In this document: one piece after another, positions 40,193 through 50,660 of the stretch
Layout of the letters: every line of letters starts with the position of its first letter
Numbering within the stretch: position 1 is the stretch's first letter
Origin: an uncultured delta proteobacterium
Lineage (GTDB): Bacteria; Myxococcota; B64-G9
Assembly: GCA_963754925.1 (NCBI GenBank)
Contig: CAVWHX010000003.1
Span: forward strand, 576,001 to 640,000
Direction of reading: 5' to 3'
DNA length: 64,000 bases
Notes under the pieces: generated by a model
Database searches by the model: none
Seen by the model: the letters and a program-made list of their open reading frames with translations, nothing else
Told to the model about the DNA's origin: nothing
Position numbers and translations under genes: made by a program

Positions 40193-41551
40193 GTGTTTAA
40201 CCACAAATCAGGTAAAGAAAGAATTCATCGTATTCGACACATTTTATTGGTGGTTGTGATCATGCTTTTGTTGCCTATCGGCAGAGTGATGGCTCAATCA
40301 GACGCGGCGGCAAGCGCGTCAAGTATAAATTCAGGAGACACGGCCTGGGTGCTTATTTCCGCGGCCTTGGTGATGCTGATGACGCCGGGTCTGGCGTTTT
40401 TTTATGGCGGATTAGTCAGGCGCAAGAACGTGTTGAGCGTCTTGATGCAGTGTTTTATCATATTATCGGCCCTCAGCATCCAATGGGTGCTATTCGGTTA
40501 CAGTTTGGCTTTCTCACCCGGTAATCAGTTCATTGGATCTCTCAAATGGTTCGGATTGGCCGGCGTCGGAGCAGAACCGTTTGCGGACTATTCTGCAACG
40601 ATTCCCCATCAGGCGTTCATGATTTTCCAAGCCATGTTCGCCGTGATTACGCCGGCGTTGATAATCGGGGCCTTCGCCGAGAGGATGAAATTCTCGGCAT
40701 TTTTGGTTTTTTCGCTCCTCTGGGCGACGTTTGTGTATGACCCGATTGCCCATTGGGTTTGGGGAGTTGGTGGATGGTTGCGGGAAATGGGCGCGCTGGA
40801 TTTTGCCGGGGGCACCGTCGTTCATATCAATGCCGGCATCGCGGCATTGGTGACGGCGATCGTCATCGGCAAAAGAAATGGCTATATCAAACAGCCGCCC
40901 CCGCCGCATAATCTGCCGTTCAGCGTTTTGGGCGCCGCGCTCCTTTGGTTTGGTTGGTTCGGCTTCAACGCGGGAAGCGCCCTTGGCGCGAATGGCCTGG
41001 CCACCAACGCCTTTGTCGTGACGAACACGGCTGCTGCCGCTGCGGCATTGAGTTGGGCCTTTCTTGATTGGAAGTTCAACGGAAATCCGACAATTCTCGG
41101 CACGATCACCGGGGCTGTGGCGGGCCTGGTGGCCATTACCCCGGCCTCGGGGTTTGTCAACATCTTCGGCGCAATCGCCATTGGAATAATGGTCAGCATA
41201 TTTTGTTTTGTTGCCGTGGGATTTTTGAAGCACCGGTTCCAGTACGACGACTCACTCGACGCGTTTGGCGTTCACGGCATCGGTGGGGCATGGGGCGCCT
41301 TGGCCACGGGTTTGTTTGCAACGAAGATGGTCAATGCCGCAGGAGCGGATGGTTTGCTGTACGGGAACCCCAAGCAATTTATCGTGCAACTCATAGCGAC
41401 CGGCGCCTCGATTGCCTATGCATTCGTAGGTACTTGGATTATTTATAAATTTGTCGATCTGGTGATTGGGGTGCGGGCCAACGAAAAAGACGAGGCTATG
41501 GGAATGGATCTCACGCAACACAACGAACGCGCGTATACCATGCTGGAATAG
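40193..41551 (+). CDS. amtB: Ammonium transporter (copy 2)
   Basis: Same motifs as copy 1; GTG after AGGAG. Confidence 0.97.
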   Translation: MFNHKSGKERIHRIRHILLVVVIMLLLPIGRVMAQSDAAASASSINSGDTAWVLISAALVMLMTPGLAFFYGGLVRRKNVLSVLMQCFIILSALSIQWVLFGYSLAFSPGNQFIGSLKWFGLAGVGAEPFADYSATIPHQAFMIFQAMFAVITPALIIGAFAERMKFSAFLVFSLLWATFVYDPIAHWVWGVGGWLREMGALDFAGGTVVHINAGIAALVTAIVIGKRNGYIKQPPPPHNLPFSVLGAALLWFGWFGFNAGSALGANGLATNAFVVTNTAAAAAALSWAFLDWKFNGNPTILGTITGAVAGLVAITPASGFVNIFGAIAIGIMVSIFCFVAVGFLKHRFQYDDSLDAFGVHGIGGAWGALATGLFATKMVNAAGADGLLYGNPKQFIVQLIATGASIAYAFVGTWIIYKFVDLVIGVRANEKDEAMGMDLTQHNERAYTMLE

Positions 41552-41567
41552 TCGAAGGATAGGAATT

Positions 41568-41909
41568 ATGAAGCTTATCATTGCCATTGTTCAACCCTAT
41601 CGACTCGAGCAAGTCAAACAGCGTCTCTACAGGGCGGATATTAACCTCATCACGGTGATTGAAGTTTTAGGGCAGGGGCGACAGAAGAGATTCGCCGAGG
41701 TTTACCGCGGATTCAAGGAGACCGGTAACCTGATACGAAAGGTCCGCCTGGAGATAGCGGTCAATGATAACTTCGTGGAACCGACTATCCAAGCGATTAC
41801 CAGCGGGTCACAAACCGGCGAAATGGGTGATGGCAAGATATTCGTTTTACCGCTGGAGGAATGCTACCGCATTCGTACCGGCGAAAGGGGCAGCGAAGCC
41901 ATAGGATGA
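41568..41909 (+). CDS. glnK: PII nitrogen regulator (copy 2)
   Basis: PII motifs; T-loop base reads GQGRQKRF. Confidence 0.93.
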   Translation: MKLIIAIVQPYRLEQVKQRLYRADINLITVIEVLGQGRQKRFAEVYRGFKETGNLIRKVRLEIAVNDNFVEPTIQAITSGSQTGEMGDGKIFVLPLEECYRIRTGERGSEAIG

Positions 41910-41976
41910 AGATGAACAGGGTGCTTCGCCAACACAAAAACAACCCAATTTGGGCGAGAATAGGGAGCGTTACCAA

Positions 41977-43113
41977 ATGAACTATCGAATTTTTCACATT
42001 CAAATAATACTGTTACTGGCGTTGGCATTTCCCGCCATCGCCGATGAAAACCAAAGTCAACAACAAACCGAATCAGAGAAATCTTCCAGTTCTTCAGCCG
42101 CTGCGGCCGATGCACAGCAGAAATCCGACCAGGAAAAATCACCAGGTCTCACGTTGGCCGGCATCAAGGATTACTTGGGTCTGAGCGTCTACTTGCAGGG
42201 GGGATATGTCTACACGGTGGCTAACACATCCAATAGCTTTGTCCTGGACATGGCAGAGCTTCAATTATGGCACAAACCCCAAATAGGCGAGGTAGGATAC
42301 AAGCTTAAAATCATGGCCGGCTCCACGGCAGAATTCATTCACTCCAATGGTCTGGGTGCCAGCACCAAGGACGTGCCGTTCGATCTCACCGAGGCATACG
42401 TAACGTACGTAGCACCGCTCGGGTCCGGCCTCACTATTCAACTTGGAAAGTTTGTCACTTTTACGGGCGCTGAGGTATTGGAAGCCAAGGATAACATTAA
42501 TTATTCCTATTCGAACTTATTCCTTTACGCCATTCCCTTCACCCATACCGGCCTTATGCTGTCGTACACCGTTGCGGATATAGTCACCATAAGCGGGTAT
42601 GCGGTCAATGGGTGGGACAATACCCTGGACAACAACCGGGCCAAGACCTATGGACTGAGCCTAAACATCGCCCCAAGTCAGTTTTTCTCGGCCCTGGTTA
42701 ATTTCCTAGCCGGACCGGAGCAGAATAACAATGATTCCAATTGGCGTTATCTGGTCGATGTGGTTTTGACGGCTAAGCCCTTCACCACCCTCACCCTTAT
42801 CGCCAACGCCGACTACGCGCATGAGACGGTCTCTGCCGGAAACGTCTCGTGGCATGGGGCTGATCTGATCGCGAAGTATGATATCTTGTCGTGGCTTGGA
42901 TTAGCGGCGCGAATCGAATACTTCAACGACCGAAACGGCGCGAGAACCGGTATCGCTCAAGATCTGAAAGAAGTTACGATAACTCCGGAATTTCGACTGC
43001 CGATGAATCTCGTCCTCCGACCCGAATATCGTCACGATTGGTCCTCTAAGGCGTTTTATAATGGCAACAAGAGCAAGGATACGCTCGGTGTGGGGGTATT
43101 ATATCCCTGGTAG
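41977..43113 (+). CDS. Outer-membrane beta-barrel porin (DUF1597/BBP2-like)
   Basis: Signal peptide, LTEAYV, GKFVTFTGAEV, NYSYS..AIPFTHTG, VNGWD, RPEYRHD, C-terminal aromatic residue. Confidence 0.85.
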   Translation: MNYRIFHIQIILLLALAFPAIADENQSQQQTESEKSSSSSAAAADAQQKSDQEKSPGLTLAGIKDYLGLSVYLQGGYVYTVANTSNSFVLDMAELQLWHKPQIGEVGYKLKIMAGSTAEFIHSNGLGASTKDVPFDLTEAYVTYVAPLGSGLTIQLGKFVTFTGAEVLEAKDNINYSYSNLFLYAIPFTHTGLMLSYTVADIVTISGYAVNGWDNTLDNNRAKTYGLSLNIAPSQFFSALVNFLAGPEQNNNDSNWRYLVDVVLTAKPFTTLTLIANADYAHETVSAGNVSWHGADLIAKYDILSWLGLAARIEYFNDRNGARTGIAQDLKEVTITPEFRLPMNLVLRPEYRHDWSSKAFYNGNKSKDTLGVGVLYPW

Positions 43114-43146
43114 CTCTCTTATCACCCATCATTCTGGATGGGGAGA

Positions 43147-45057
43147 TTATATCTGTTTGTGTAATTCCAGCCACAAGAGCTTCTGGTACTTTTGCAGATC
43201 TCTGGCGGTCATGTTCATCCCCCGGGACTCGTAGAGATTCTGGATCACCTTGACGACATCTTCGAAGCGGATATCAAGACCCAGCACACCGATCATGTCG
43301 TCATCGTCGTCAACCACGGGGGCGGACACCGTCATGATGAGTGCGCCGGTGATTCGTGAAGAAATAATGCCGCTCACGTGCAGTTTGCCGTCCTGGACGG
43401 TATTCCTGAACCATTCACGATCGGAGCAGTCCTCATGCTCTTTGATCTTATGCATAAAGTGGCTGCGGTAGATAGGTTGGGTGATGTTCCGGGTGATCTT
43501 GACACCCTTGATATCGGTGACATAGGCGAACTGGATAAAGGGATATTCCTCGATAAATTCCTTGAGGACGGCCTCCTGTTTTTCCGGATCCATGTTGTGC
43601 ATATCCGGTTGGGTGAGCAGCTTCTCAATCAGTTTGCTGGCGTATTCATGGGCCTCGAACTGAATCAAATCGAATCCGGAGAGGAACAGTTGCGGGATGA
43701 AGCGTTGGGTCAACTTCTCCAACTCTTCATCCGACATGGCGGTCATCCGGCCTTCTTCGTATTCTTTAACAATGTGCTGGTACATGCGGGCGATGCCCGG
43801 GTGTTTCTTCTCGATGGCATCTGGTTCGCCGATCTTGTAGTGATCGTTGATCCAGTGTGCCAACCCAGCCTTACCGGATTTGTCGGTGATGGCGATTGCA
43901 ACCGGCCGGTTGAGGATCTTGGTGGTATCGAAGATATTGTAAATCTCCTCGTTCTTGATCAACCCGTCAGCATGGATACCCGCGCGGGTTACGTTAAAAT
44001 TCTCGCCGACAAAAGGATAATTGGGCGGTATGGTGTAGCGCATCTCGGCGTTGACGTAGTTGGCTAATTCGGTAATGGCCCGGGTATCGATGCTCTCGTC
44101 ATGCCCGCGAAGCTGCAGGTATTCGAACACCATGGCCTCCAGCGGCGTATTGCCGGTGCGCTCGCCAAAGCCGAAAATGGAGCAATTGACGCCGCCGCAG
44201 CCGTACATCCACGCGGTGGTTGCGTTAGCCAACCCTTTGTGGAAGTCGTTGTGCCCATGCCATTCTAAGAGATCGCCGGGAACGCCGGCGTCGTCTATAA
44301 ACGCCCTGACCAGCTTATCGACCGCCCGCGGTAGCGCTGCGCCGGGCAGATTTACTCCGTACCCCAAGGTATCGCACAATCTGATTTTAATATCGACCTC
44401 GGACTGTTCGCGCAGTTTCATCAAATCCCGGGCAAACGGAACGCAAAAGCCGTAAACGTCTGCCCGCGTGACATCCTCGAAATGACAGCGCGGGACGATT
44501 CCCAGCGATAGGGCTTCTTTGACAATGCCTAAGTACTCATTGAGGGCCTTGCGTCGGGTCAGCTTCATCTTTAAGAAGATATGGTAGTCTGAAACGGACG
44601 TGAGAATGCCGGTCTCATTCAGGCCCATCTCTTTGACTAATTTGAGATCGTCCTTGCGCGCCCGGATCCACGAAGTCACCCGGGGATATCGATACCCTTT
44701 GTCAAGACAAGCCTCCACCGCAGCCTTGTCTTTGCCGGTATAAAGAAAAAACTCGCTCGTCCGTATCAGTCCCCGTTTGCCGCCGATGCGATGTAAATAA
44801 TCAAAAATCGTTTCCACCTGTTTGACCGAAAAAGGAGCCATCGCCTGCTGACCGTCGCGAAACGTCGTGTCGGTAATGAAGATATCCTCCGCCGGCGCAA
44901 TCGGAATAATGTGCATGTCGAAATCGATTTTGGGGACTTCTTCATAGTTGAAAATAGCGCGGTAGAAATTGCCGTCCTCACGATCGTTGATGCCAGACTC
45001 ATAATTCTTGCCACTGGTATAGTAGAAAATCTTCTTCTTACCGTCCCAACGTGCCAT
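43147..45057 (-). CDS. Re-citrate synthase (DRE-TIM) with C-terminal PDC/Cache-like domain
   Basis: ITDTTFRDGQQ, SEFFLY, SVSDYHIF, RCHFEDVTRAD, EWHGHNDF, GERTGN, TRAGIHADG; tail SDREWF..TVSAPV..GVLGLDI. Confidence 0.85.
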   Translation of the reverse strand: MARWDGKKKIFYYTSGKNYESGINDREDGNFYRAIFNYEEVPKIDFDMHIIPIAPAEDIFITDTTFRDGQQAMAPFSVKQVETIFDYLHRIGGKRGLIRTSEFFLYTGKDKAAVEACLDKGYRYPRVTSWIRARKDDLKLVKEMGLNETGILTSVSDYHIFLKMKLTRRKALNEYLGIVKEALSLGIVPRCHFEDVTRADVYGFCVPFARDLMKLREQSEVDIKIRLCDTLGYGVNLPGAALPRAVDKLVRAFIDDAGVPGDLLEWHGHNDFHKGLANATTAWMYGCGGVNCSIFGFGERTGNTPLEAMVFEYLQLRGHDESIDTRAITELANYVNAEMRYTIPPNYPFVGENFNVTRAGIHADGLIKNEEIYNIFDTTKILNRPVAIAITDKSGKAGLAHWINDHYKIGEPDAIEKKHPGIARMYQHIVKEYEEGRMTAMSDEELEKLTQRFIPQLFLSGFDLIQFEAHEYASKLIEKLLTQPDMHNMDPEKQEAVLKEFIEEYPFIQFAYVTDIKGVKITRNITQPIYRSHFMHKIKEHEDCSDREWFRNTVQDGKLHVSGIISSRITGALIMTVSAPVVDDDDDMIGVLGLDIRFEDVVKVIQNLYESRGMNMTARDLQKYQKLLWLELHKQI

Positions 45058-45213
45058 AGTACCTAAGCCTCCTTAATAAATCTCTTTTATCACTTGGATT
45101 CGAAAACTCCAAATTCATTTTTCATGTAACCAACTCATTGAAAAATAAGATGTCAACCGACCCTCCTACCCCGGGGGCGCCGCGACTATGAATGCCCTTG
45201 GTTTCATATTTCC

Positions 45214-45568
45214 ATGACCATCGACGAATGGACCTATGACTTTGGGAGCAACCGATTTATCCAGACGCTGATTTTCAACAATGGAGATCTAATCAAAATC
45301 AGCAGTGGTGGATACGGAAAAGGAGCAACCAACTCTGCAAGCGATCGCCCGGGCATAGTTTCAGTGGGCGACTCAAAATCAACGGTAATACTAACATGGG
45401 GACAGCCAACATACATCGAGAAGCGTCAGGAGGAACATTCGATCGACGGCAGCAATGGTGAGGTTTTTCAAATTCGGTCCCGATCGGTTCATCCAAATCC
45501 TTACCTTCGAGAATGGCAAACTAACCAATATTCGCACCGGCGATTACGGAAAGGTGCAACCGATTGAA
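45214..45568 (+). pseudogene. DUF2845-like fragment
   Basis: IDEWTYDFGSNRFIQTLIF..G and VSVGDSK..WGQP repeats; lacks N-terminus; second repeat deleted or frameshifted. Confidence 0.6.
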
Positions 45569-45827
45569 CAGAAAGAAAGTCAGGACAACGAACCGCAGAA
45601 CTGACGAGGCAGCGGACGGTAAGACCTATTGGTTTTTATATGGCCTTCAAACGATAATCTAATATTTTTCAGTTAGATAACACCCAAATTGCCACGCTGT
45701 TAGGTATAGGAAATTATACGACGAAGAAATAGTTAATCAAATTGATTTACATGCTATACTACTAAATGGTATTAATGAGCAGTCTTGACTCTGAGGATGC
45801 TTCACGTTGATCGAAAGGAAATCATTC

Positions 45828-47117
45828 ATGCCAAAAGAACCTTATCATTTTGAAACACTAGCGCTTCACGCCGGCCAAACCGTGGATGCAACACAATCTC
45901 GCGCCGTGCCCCTCTACCGGACGAGCTCCTATGTTTTCAAAGATACGCAGCACGCGGCCAACCTTTTCGCCCTCAAAGAGTTGGGCAACATATACACCCG
46001 GCTCATGAACCCAACCACCGACATCCTCGAGCAGCGCGTCTCGACGCTCGAGGGCGGCGCGGCTTCCGTGGCGGTGGCTTCCGGGACCTCGGCCATCTTT
46101 TACGCGATTATCACCCTGGCGGAAGCCGGCGACGAGATTGTCTCGGCCAACAATCTGTATGGTGGCACGTACACGCAGTTCGACGCCATCCTGCCGAAAC
46201 TCGGCATAACGGTGCGGTTTGTGGATCCAAACGACCCCAAGAACTTCGGCCGGGCGATCAACAATAAAACGCGGGCGCTGTTCATCGAGACCATCGGCAA
46301 TCCGGTCCTCGACTTCACGGATGTGAAGGCAATCGCGGACGTGGCGCATGCCAACGGTTTGCCGCTGATCGTCGACGGCACCTTCACCACACCCTATCTC
46401 CTGCGCACCATCGACCACGGCGCGGACATCATCGTGAACTCGCTGACCAAGTGGATGGGCGGCCATGGAACAGCTATCGGCGGCATCGTGACCGACGCCG
46501 GCCGCTTCAATTGGAAAGGCGGGAAACATCCGCTGTTCACAGAACCTGACGCCAATTACCACGGACTGCACTGGGCTCTGGATCTCCCCGAACCGCTTGC
46601 TCCCATAGCCTTTGCGTTGCGCTTGCGAACCGTTCCGCTGCGCAACTTGGGTGCGTGCATTTCGCCTGACAATGCATGGATCTTCCTTCAAGGCATCGAG
46701 ACGCTGCCGGTCCGCATGACGCGGCATTCTGAAAACGCCCTCGCGGTTGCCAAGCATCTCAACACCCACCCGAAGGTGGCCTGGCTTCGCTATCCGGGGC
46801 TCGAGTGCGATCCGGCGTATCCAACGGCGAGCCGCTACCTGAAAAACGGATTCGGCGGTATGGTGGTGTTCGGTGTCAAAGCCGGGTACAACGCAGCCGT
46901 CAAGATCATCGACACCATCGAGCTTTTCTCGCACCTAGCCAACGTCGGCGATGCCAAAAGCCTCATTTTGCATCCCGCCAGCACTTCGCACAGCCAGCTC
47001 ACCGAGGAGCAGCAGCGCCAGAGCGGCCTCACCCCTGATCTGATTCGTCTATCTATCGGTCTCGAACATCCCCAAGACCTGATCGCAGCACTGAATCAAG
47101 CTCTTGCCGGTGTTTGA
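45828..47117 (+). CDS. metY: O-acetylhomoserine aminocarboxypropyltransferase/sulfhydrylase
   Basis: FETLALHAGQ, GNIYTRLMNPT, SLTKWMGGHG, HLANVGDAKSLILHPASTSH. Confidence 0.95.
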   Translation: MPKEPYHFETLALHAGQTVDATQSRAVPLYRTSSYVFKDTQHAANLFALKELGNIYTRLMNPTTDILEQRVSTLEGGAASVAVASGTSAIFYAIITLAEAGDEIVSANNLYGGTYTQFDAILPKLGITVRFVDPNDPKNFGRAINNKTRALFIETIGNPVLDFTDVKAIADVAHANGLPLIVDGTFTTPYLLRTIDHGADIIVNSLTKWMGGHGTAIGGIVTDAGRFNWKGGKHPLFTEPDANYHGLHWALDLPEPLAPIAFALRLRTVPLRNLGACISPDNAWIFLQGIETLPVRMTRHSENALAVAKHLNTHPKVAWLRYPGLECDPAYPTASRYLKNGFGGMVVFGVKAGYNAAVKIIDTIELFSHLANVGDAKSLILHPASTSHSQLTEEQQRQSGLTPDLIRLSIGLEHPQDLIAALNQALAGV

Positions 47118-47144
47118 AAGAACTACTGATTCGGAGGTCTCTCC

Positions 47145-47585
47145 ATGAAGATGTCAACCAAAGGTCGCTACGGTCTACGGGTGATGATGGAACTGGCCTC
47201 CCATTTTGGCCGTGGTCCTCTGCTCGTTGCGGATATCGCCAAGAACCAATCGATCTCTGGTAAGTACATCCATGTGCTGGTGGCCAATCTCAAGTCCGCC
47301 GGGCTGGTGCGCGCCGTGCGGGGACCGAGCGGTGGCTACGAATTAACCCGCAATCCGTCGCATATAACTGCGCTTGATGTGATCTCTGCATTAGAAGGTA
47401 AAAGTGCTCCAGTGGAATGTGTCGTCGATGCTTCCTCTTGTCCCCGTGCAGACCTTTGTGCGGCCCGGGATGTTTGGTGCGATGTTGCATCGGCGATGGA
47501 CGGCGTTCTGGCGAGGCTGACCCTCGAACAACTCGCGAGCAACCAACGTACCAAGCAAACCGAGTCGCAGACATACCATATTTGA
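47145..47585 (+). CDS. Rrf2-family regulator with three Cys (IscR-like Fe-S ligands; CymR-like context)
   Basis: STKGRYGLR, RGPSGGY, ECVVDASSCPRADLC..W. Confidence 0.92.
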   Translation: MKMSTKGRYGLRVMMELASHFGRGPLLVADIAKNQSISGKYIHVLVANLKSAGLVRAVRGPSGGYELTRNPSHITALDVISALEGKSAPVECVVDASSCPRADLCAARDVWCDVASAMDGVLARLTLEQLASNQRTKQTESQTYHI

Positions 47586-47600
47586 AACAGGAGAAATACC

Positions 47601-48569
47601 ATGGGCAAAATCTTCGAAGACAACAGTTTAAGCATCGGCAACACGCCCCTCATTCGTCTCAACACCATCACCAAAGGCACAAAAGCCACGGTGCTCGTCA
47701 AGATCGAAGGACGCAATCCGGCCTATTCGGTTAAGTGTCGCATCGGAGCTTCGATGATTTGGGAAGCCGAACGCCAGGGAATCCTCAAGCCGGGCTCGCG
47801 CGACGTCACCGTGCTCGAACCGACCAGCGGCAACACCGGCATTGCGTTGGCCTTTGTCTGCGCGGCGCGCGGCTACCCGCTGATGTTGACTATGCCCGAG
47901 ACCATGTCTCTGGAACGGCGCAAGATGTTGCTGGCTTTCGGCGCCAAATTGGTGTTGACCGAAGGATCCAAGGGGATGAAAGGCGCCATAGCGATGGCCG
48001 AGCAGATGCACGCCTCGGCCCCTACGAAATACTACGTGCCGCAACAGTTCAAAAACCCGGCGAATCCTGACATTCATTTCAAAACCACCGGGCCGGAAAT
48101 TTGGAATGACACCGACGGTAAGATCGACATCTTCGTGGCCGGTGTCGGCACCGGAGGCACGATTACCGGTGTCAGCCGCTATATCAAGCAGACCCGTAAG
48201 AAACCAATTTGGTCCGTGGCCATCGAGCCCGCGGGTTCAGCGGTGCTCACCGCCATCCGTAACGGTGAGGAGCCAAAGCCCGGTCCGCATAAGATTCAGG
48301 GCATCGGCGCGGGCTTCAAGCCTGATGTCCTCGACCTGAGCCTGGTTGATGAGATTGCCACCATATCCAACGAAGAGTCCGTCGAGTTCGCCCGCCGTTT
48401 GCACCTCGAGGAAGGAATCACCTGCGGCATCTCAAGCGGCGCCGCCGTGGCGGTGGCGACCAGCATAGCTAAAAAACCCGAGAACGCCAAGAAGGTTATC
48501 GTGACGGTGCTTCCCGACGCGGGTGAGCGGTATCTGTCGACGGTTCTTTTCGAAAACATCGGAAACTGA
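47601..48569 (+). CDS. cysK: Cysteine synthase A
   Basis: [43 protein letters not shown]. Confidence 0.97.
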   Translation: MGKIFEDNSLSIGNTPLIRLNTITKGTKATVLVKIEGRNPAYSVKCRIGASMIWEAERQGILKPGSRDVTVLEPTSGNTGIALAFVCAARGYPLMLTMPETMSLERRKMLLAFGAKLVLTEGSKGMKGAIAMAEQMHASAPTKYYVPQQFKNPANPDIHFKTTGPEIWNDTDGKIDIFVAGVGTGGTITGVSRYIKQTRKKPIWSVAIEPAGSAVLTAIRNGEEPKPGPHKIQGIGAGFKPDVLDLSLVDEIATISNEESVEFARRLHLEEGITCGISSGAAVAVATSIAKKPENAKKVIVTVLPDAGERYLSTVLFENIGN

Positions 48570-48609
48570 AGCGCAATCGTCCACCCATCCATTTACAATT
48601 AAAAAATAG

Positions 48610-48658
48610 TCTTTATAGTATCTTTAGATATCAAACATAAGTCTTAACCTTTTCCTAA
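48610..48658 (+). promoter_or_regulatory. Probable KdpE (OmpR-type) tandem binding sites
   Basis: TCTTTA at 48610 and 48621; TCTTAA/TCCTAA at 48642 and 48653; 11-bp spacing within each pair, upstream of kdp. Confidence 0.55.
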
Positions 48659-48703
48659 TGGCCAATGACTTAAGTTTTACGAATACAGCATGGAGGTGGT
48701 TCG

Positions 48704-48787
48704 ATGTCTGATCTGGCTTTGGTCTCTATCGTGATTTTGTTCTTCCTTTTGACGTGGGGTTTTGTACGCCTCGCTGAGAAGCTGTGA
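48704..48787 (+). CDS. 27-aa membrane peptide upstream of kdpF
   Basis: MSDLALVSIVILFFLLTWGFVRLAEKL with GGAGG RBS; too short for the ORF track. Confidence 0.7.
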   Translation: MSDLALVSIVILFFLLTWGFVRLAEKL

Positions 48788-48812
48788 ACGGAAAGCGCGC
48801 GGAGGTACGACC

Positions 48813-48905
48813 ATGACGATTCTTCTCTGGATGGGCGGGGCGCTTTCGGCGGGACTTCTCGTATACCTTTTTATCGCGCTCCTTAAACCGGAGTGGTTTT
48901 CATGA
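48813..48905 (+). CDS. kdpF: K+-transporting ATPase subunit F
   Basis: [30 protein letters not shown] (YL..ALL.PE.F); GGAGG RBS; ATGA overlap with kdpA. Confidence 0.92.
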   Translation: MTILLWMGGALSAGLLVYLFIALLKPEWFS

Positions 48906-50644
48906 CATCACTGACCGTAATCCAGTATGTGCTCTACTTCGCGGCGCTCACCGCGCTCGCGGTGCCGCTCGGCGGGTATATTGCGCGGGTGTACACGGGA
49001 CAAGCGCGCTTCGCCCAAAAACTCTTGGGCCCTATCGAACGTTTCTTTTATTGGTTGGCCAGCGTCCGCATCGAGGAAGACATGAGCTGGAAGCGCTATA
49101 CCCTTTGCATGCTCACCTTTAACTTCGTCAGCATCCTGGTCGTGTACGCCATCCAACGGTTGCAGGGCGCGCTCCCCCTCAACCCGGCCGGTCTTCCCGC
49201 GGTAGCGCCGCAGATCGCGTTCAACACCGCGGTGAGCTTTGCGACCAACACCAACTGGCAAGCATATAGCGGCGAGACGACCATGAGCCAACTGACGCAG
49301 ATGCTGGCCCTCACGGTACAAAATTTCGTCTCGGCCGCCTCGGGCATGGCGGTGGCCGCGGCGCTCGCCCGTGGGTTTGTTCGACGTTCGGCATCCGGCA
49401 TCGGCAACTTCTGGGTGGATCTCACCAAAGGCACCTTGTATGTCCTGGTCCCGTTGTCGCTGGTTATGGCGCTTTTTTTGGTCTCCCAGGGATCGCTCCA
49501 GACGTTGCGCGCCGCCGAAAAAGTGGAACTGCTTCAGCCGTATGCCGCCCCGGAAAAACCCGCGATCACCGAGCAAACCATCGCGCTCGGCCCGGTCGCG
49601 TCCCAAGTTGCTATCAAGCAGCTCGGCACCAACGGCGGAGGATACTACAACGTCAACTCGGCCCATCCCTTTGAGAACCCGACGCCGCTGACGAATATGG
49701 TGGAGCTGCTCGCCATATTGCTCATCGCGGCGGCATTCTGCTTTACCTTCGGCACCATGGTCAACTCAAAACGCCAGGGTTGGGTGCTCTACACGGCCAT
49801 GGCGGTGATTATTATACCGCTACTGGTTTTGTGCGCTTCCATGGAACAGGCCGGCAACCCCCTATTGACCCCCTTGGGGGTCGATCAGACCGCGAGTGAC
49901 CAGCAACCAGGGGGCAACATGGAAGGCAAGGAGGCGCGATTCGGTATCGGCAGCTCGGCGCTTTGGGCCACGGCCACCACGGCGGCCTCCAATGGATCGG
50001 TCAACGCCATGCACGATAGCTTCACACCCCTCGGGGGGCTGGCACCTTTCTTCCTCATGCAAATCGGCGAGGTGATCTTCGGCGGCGTAGGCTCAGGTCT
50101 CTATGGCATGGTGATGTTCGCCGTCATCGCGGTGTTTATAGCCGGACTTATGGTGGGACGCACCCCCGAATTTCTCGGTAAGAAGCTCGAGGCGTACGAG
50201 ATGAAGATGGCGTCGCTCACCGTATTGCTGCCGGCGGCCGCGGTCTTGGTCGGGACCGCGTTTGCCTGCCTGCTTCCTGCGGGAACCGCCTCGGTCATAA
50301 ACCCCGGTCCGCACGGCTTCAGCGAAATTCTCTACGCTTTTTCCTCGACCGGCAACAACAACGGCTCGGCCTTCGCCGGTTTGGATGTAAGCAACCTCTT
50401 TTACACCCTCGCGACCGGTATTGCCATGCTCATCGGCCGTTATTGGGTCACGGTGCCCGTACTCGCCATTGCCGGCTCGCTGGCCCGTAAGAAGGCAACG
50501 CCGGTTACCAGTGGCACCCTGTCGACCACCACGCCACTCTTTATTGCGCTCCTGGTAGGAACGGTATTGCTCGTGGGAGCGCTCACCTTCATTCCCGCGG
50601 ATGCCCTCGGCCCGATTGTCGAGCACCTGCTGCAAAACCCTTGA
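48902..50644 (+). CDS. kdpA: K+-transporting ATPase subunit A
   Basis: [33 protein letters not shown]. Confidence 0.98.
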   Translation: MTSLTVIQYVLYFAALTALAVPLGGYIARVYTGQARFAQKLLGPIERFFYWLASVRIEEDMSWKRYTLCMLTFNFVSILVVYAIQRLQGALPLNPAGLPAVAPQIAFNTAVSFATNTNWQAYSGETTMSQLTQMLALTVQNFVSAASGMAVAAALARGFVRRSASGIGNFWVDLTKGTLYVLVPLSLVMALFLVSQGSLQTLRAAEKVELLQPYAAPEKPAITEQTIALGPVASQVAIKQLGTNGGGYYNVNSAHPFENPTPLTNMVELLAILLIAAAFCFTFGTMVNSKRQGWVLYTAMAVIIIPLLVLCASMEQAGNPLLTPLGVDQTASDQQPGGNMEGKEARFGIGSSALWATATTAASNGSVNAMHDSFTPLGGLAPFFLMQIGEVIFGGVGSGLYGMVMFAVIAVFIAGLMVGRTPEFLGKKLEAYEMKMASLTVLLPAAAVLVGTAFACLLPAGTASVINPGPHGFSEILYAFSSTGNNNGSAFAGLDVSNLFYTLATGIAMLIGRYWVTVPVLAIAGSLARKKATPVTSGTLSTTTPLFIALLVGTVLLVGALTFIPADALGPIVEHLLQNP

Positions 50645-50660
50645 TCAGGGGAGATACACC

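Noticed and set aside
43147..45057. 2-isopropylmalate or homocitrate synthase
   Set aside because: DTTFRDGQQ, SEFFLY and RCHFEDVTRAD fit the Re-citrate synthase subgroup; no LeuA regulatory domain.
45858..46934. Long antisense ORFs (e.g. 358 aa opposite metY, 344 aa opposite kdpD, 293 aa opposite the lipoprotein)
   Set aside because: Shadow frames expected from high GC3 codon bias; no motifs or RBS.
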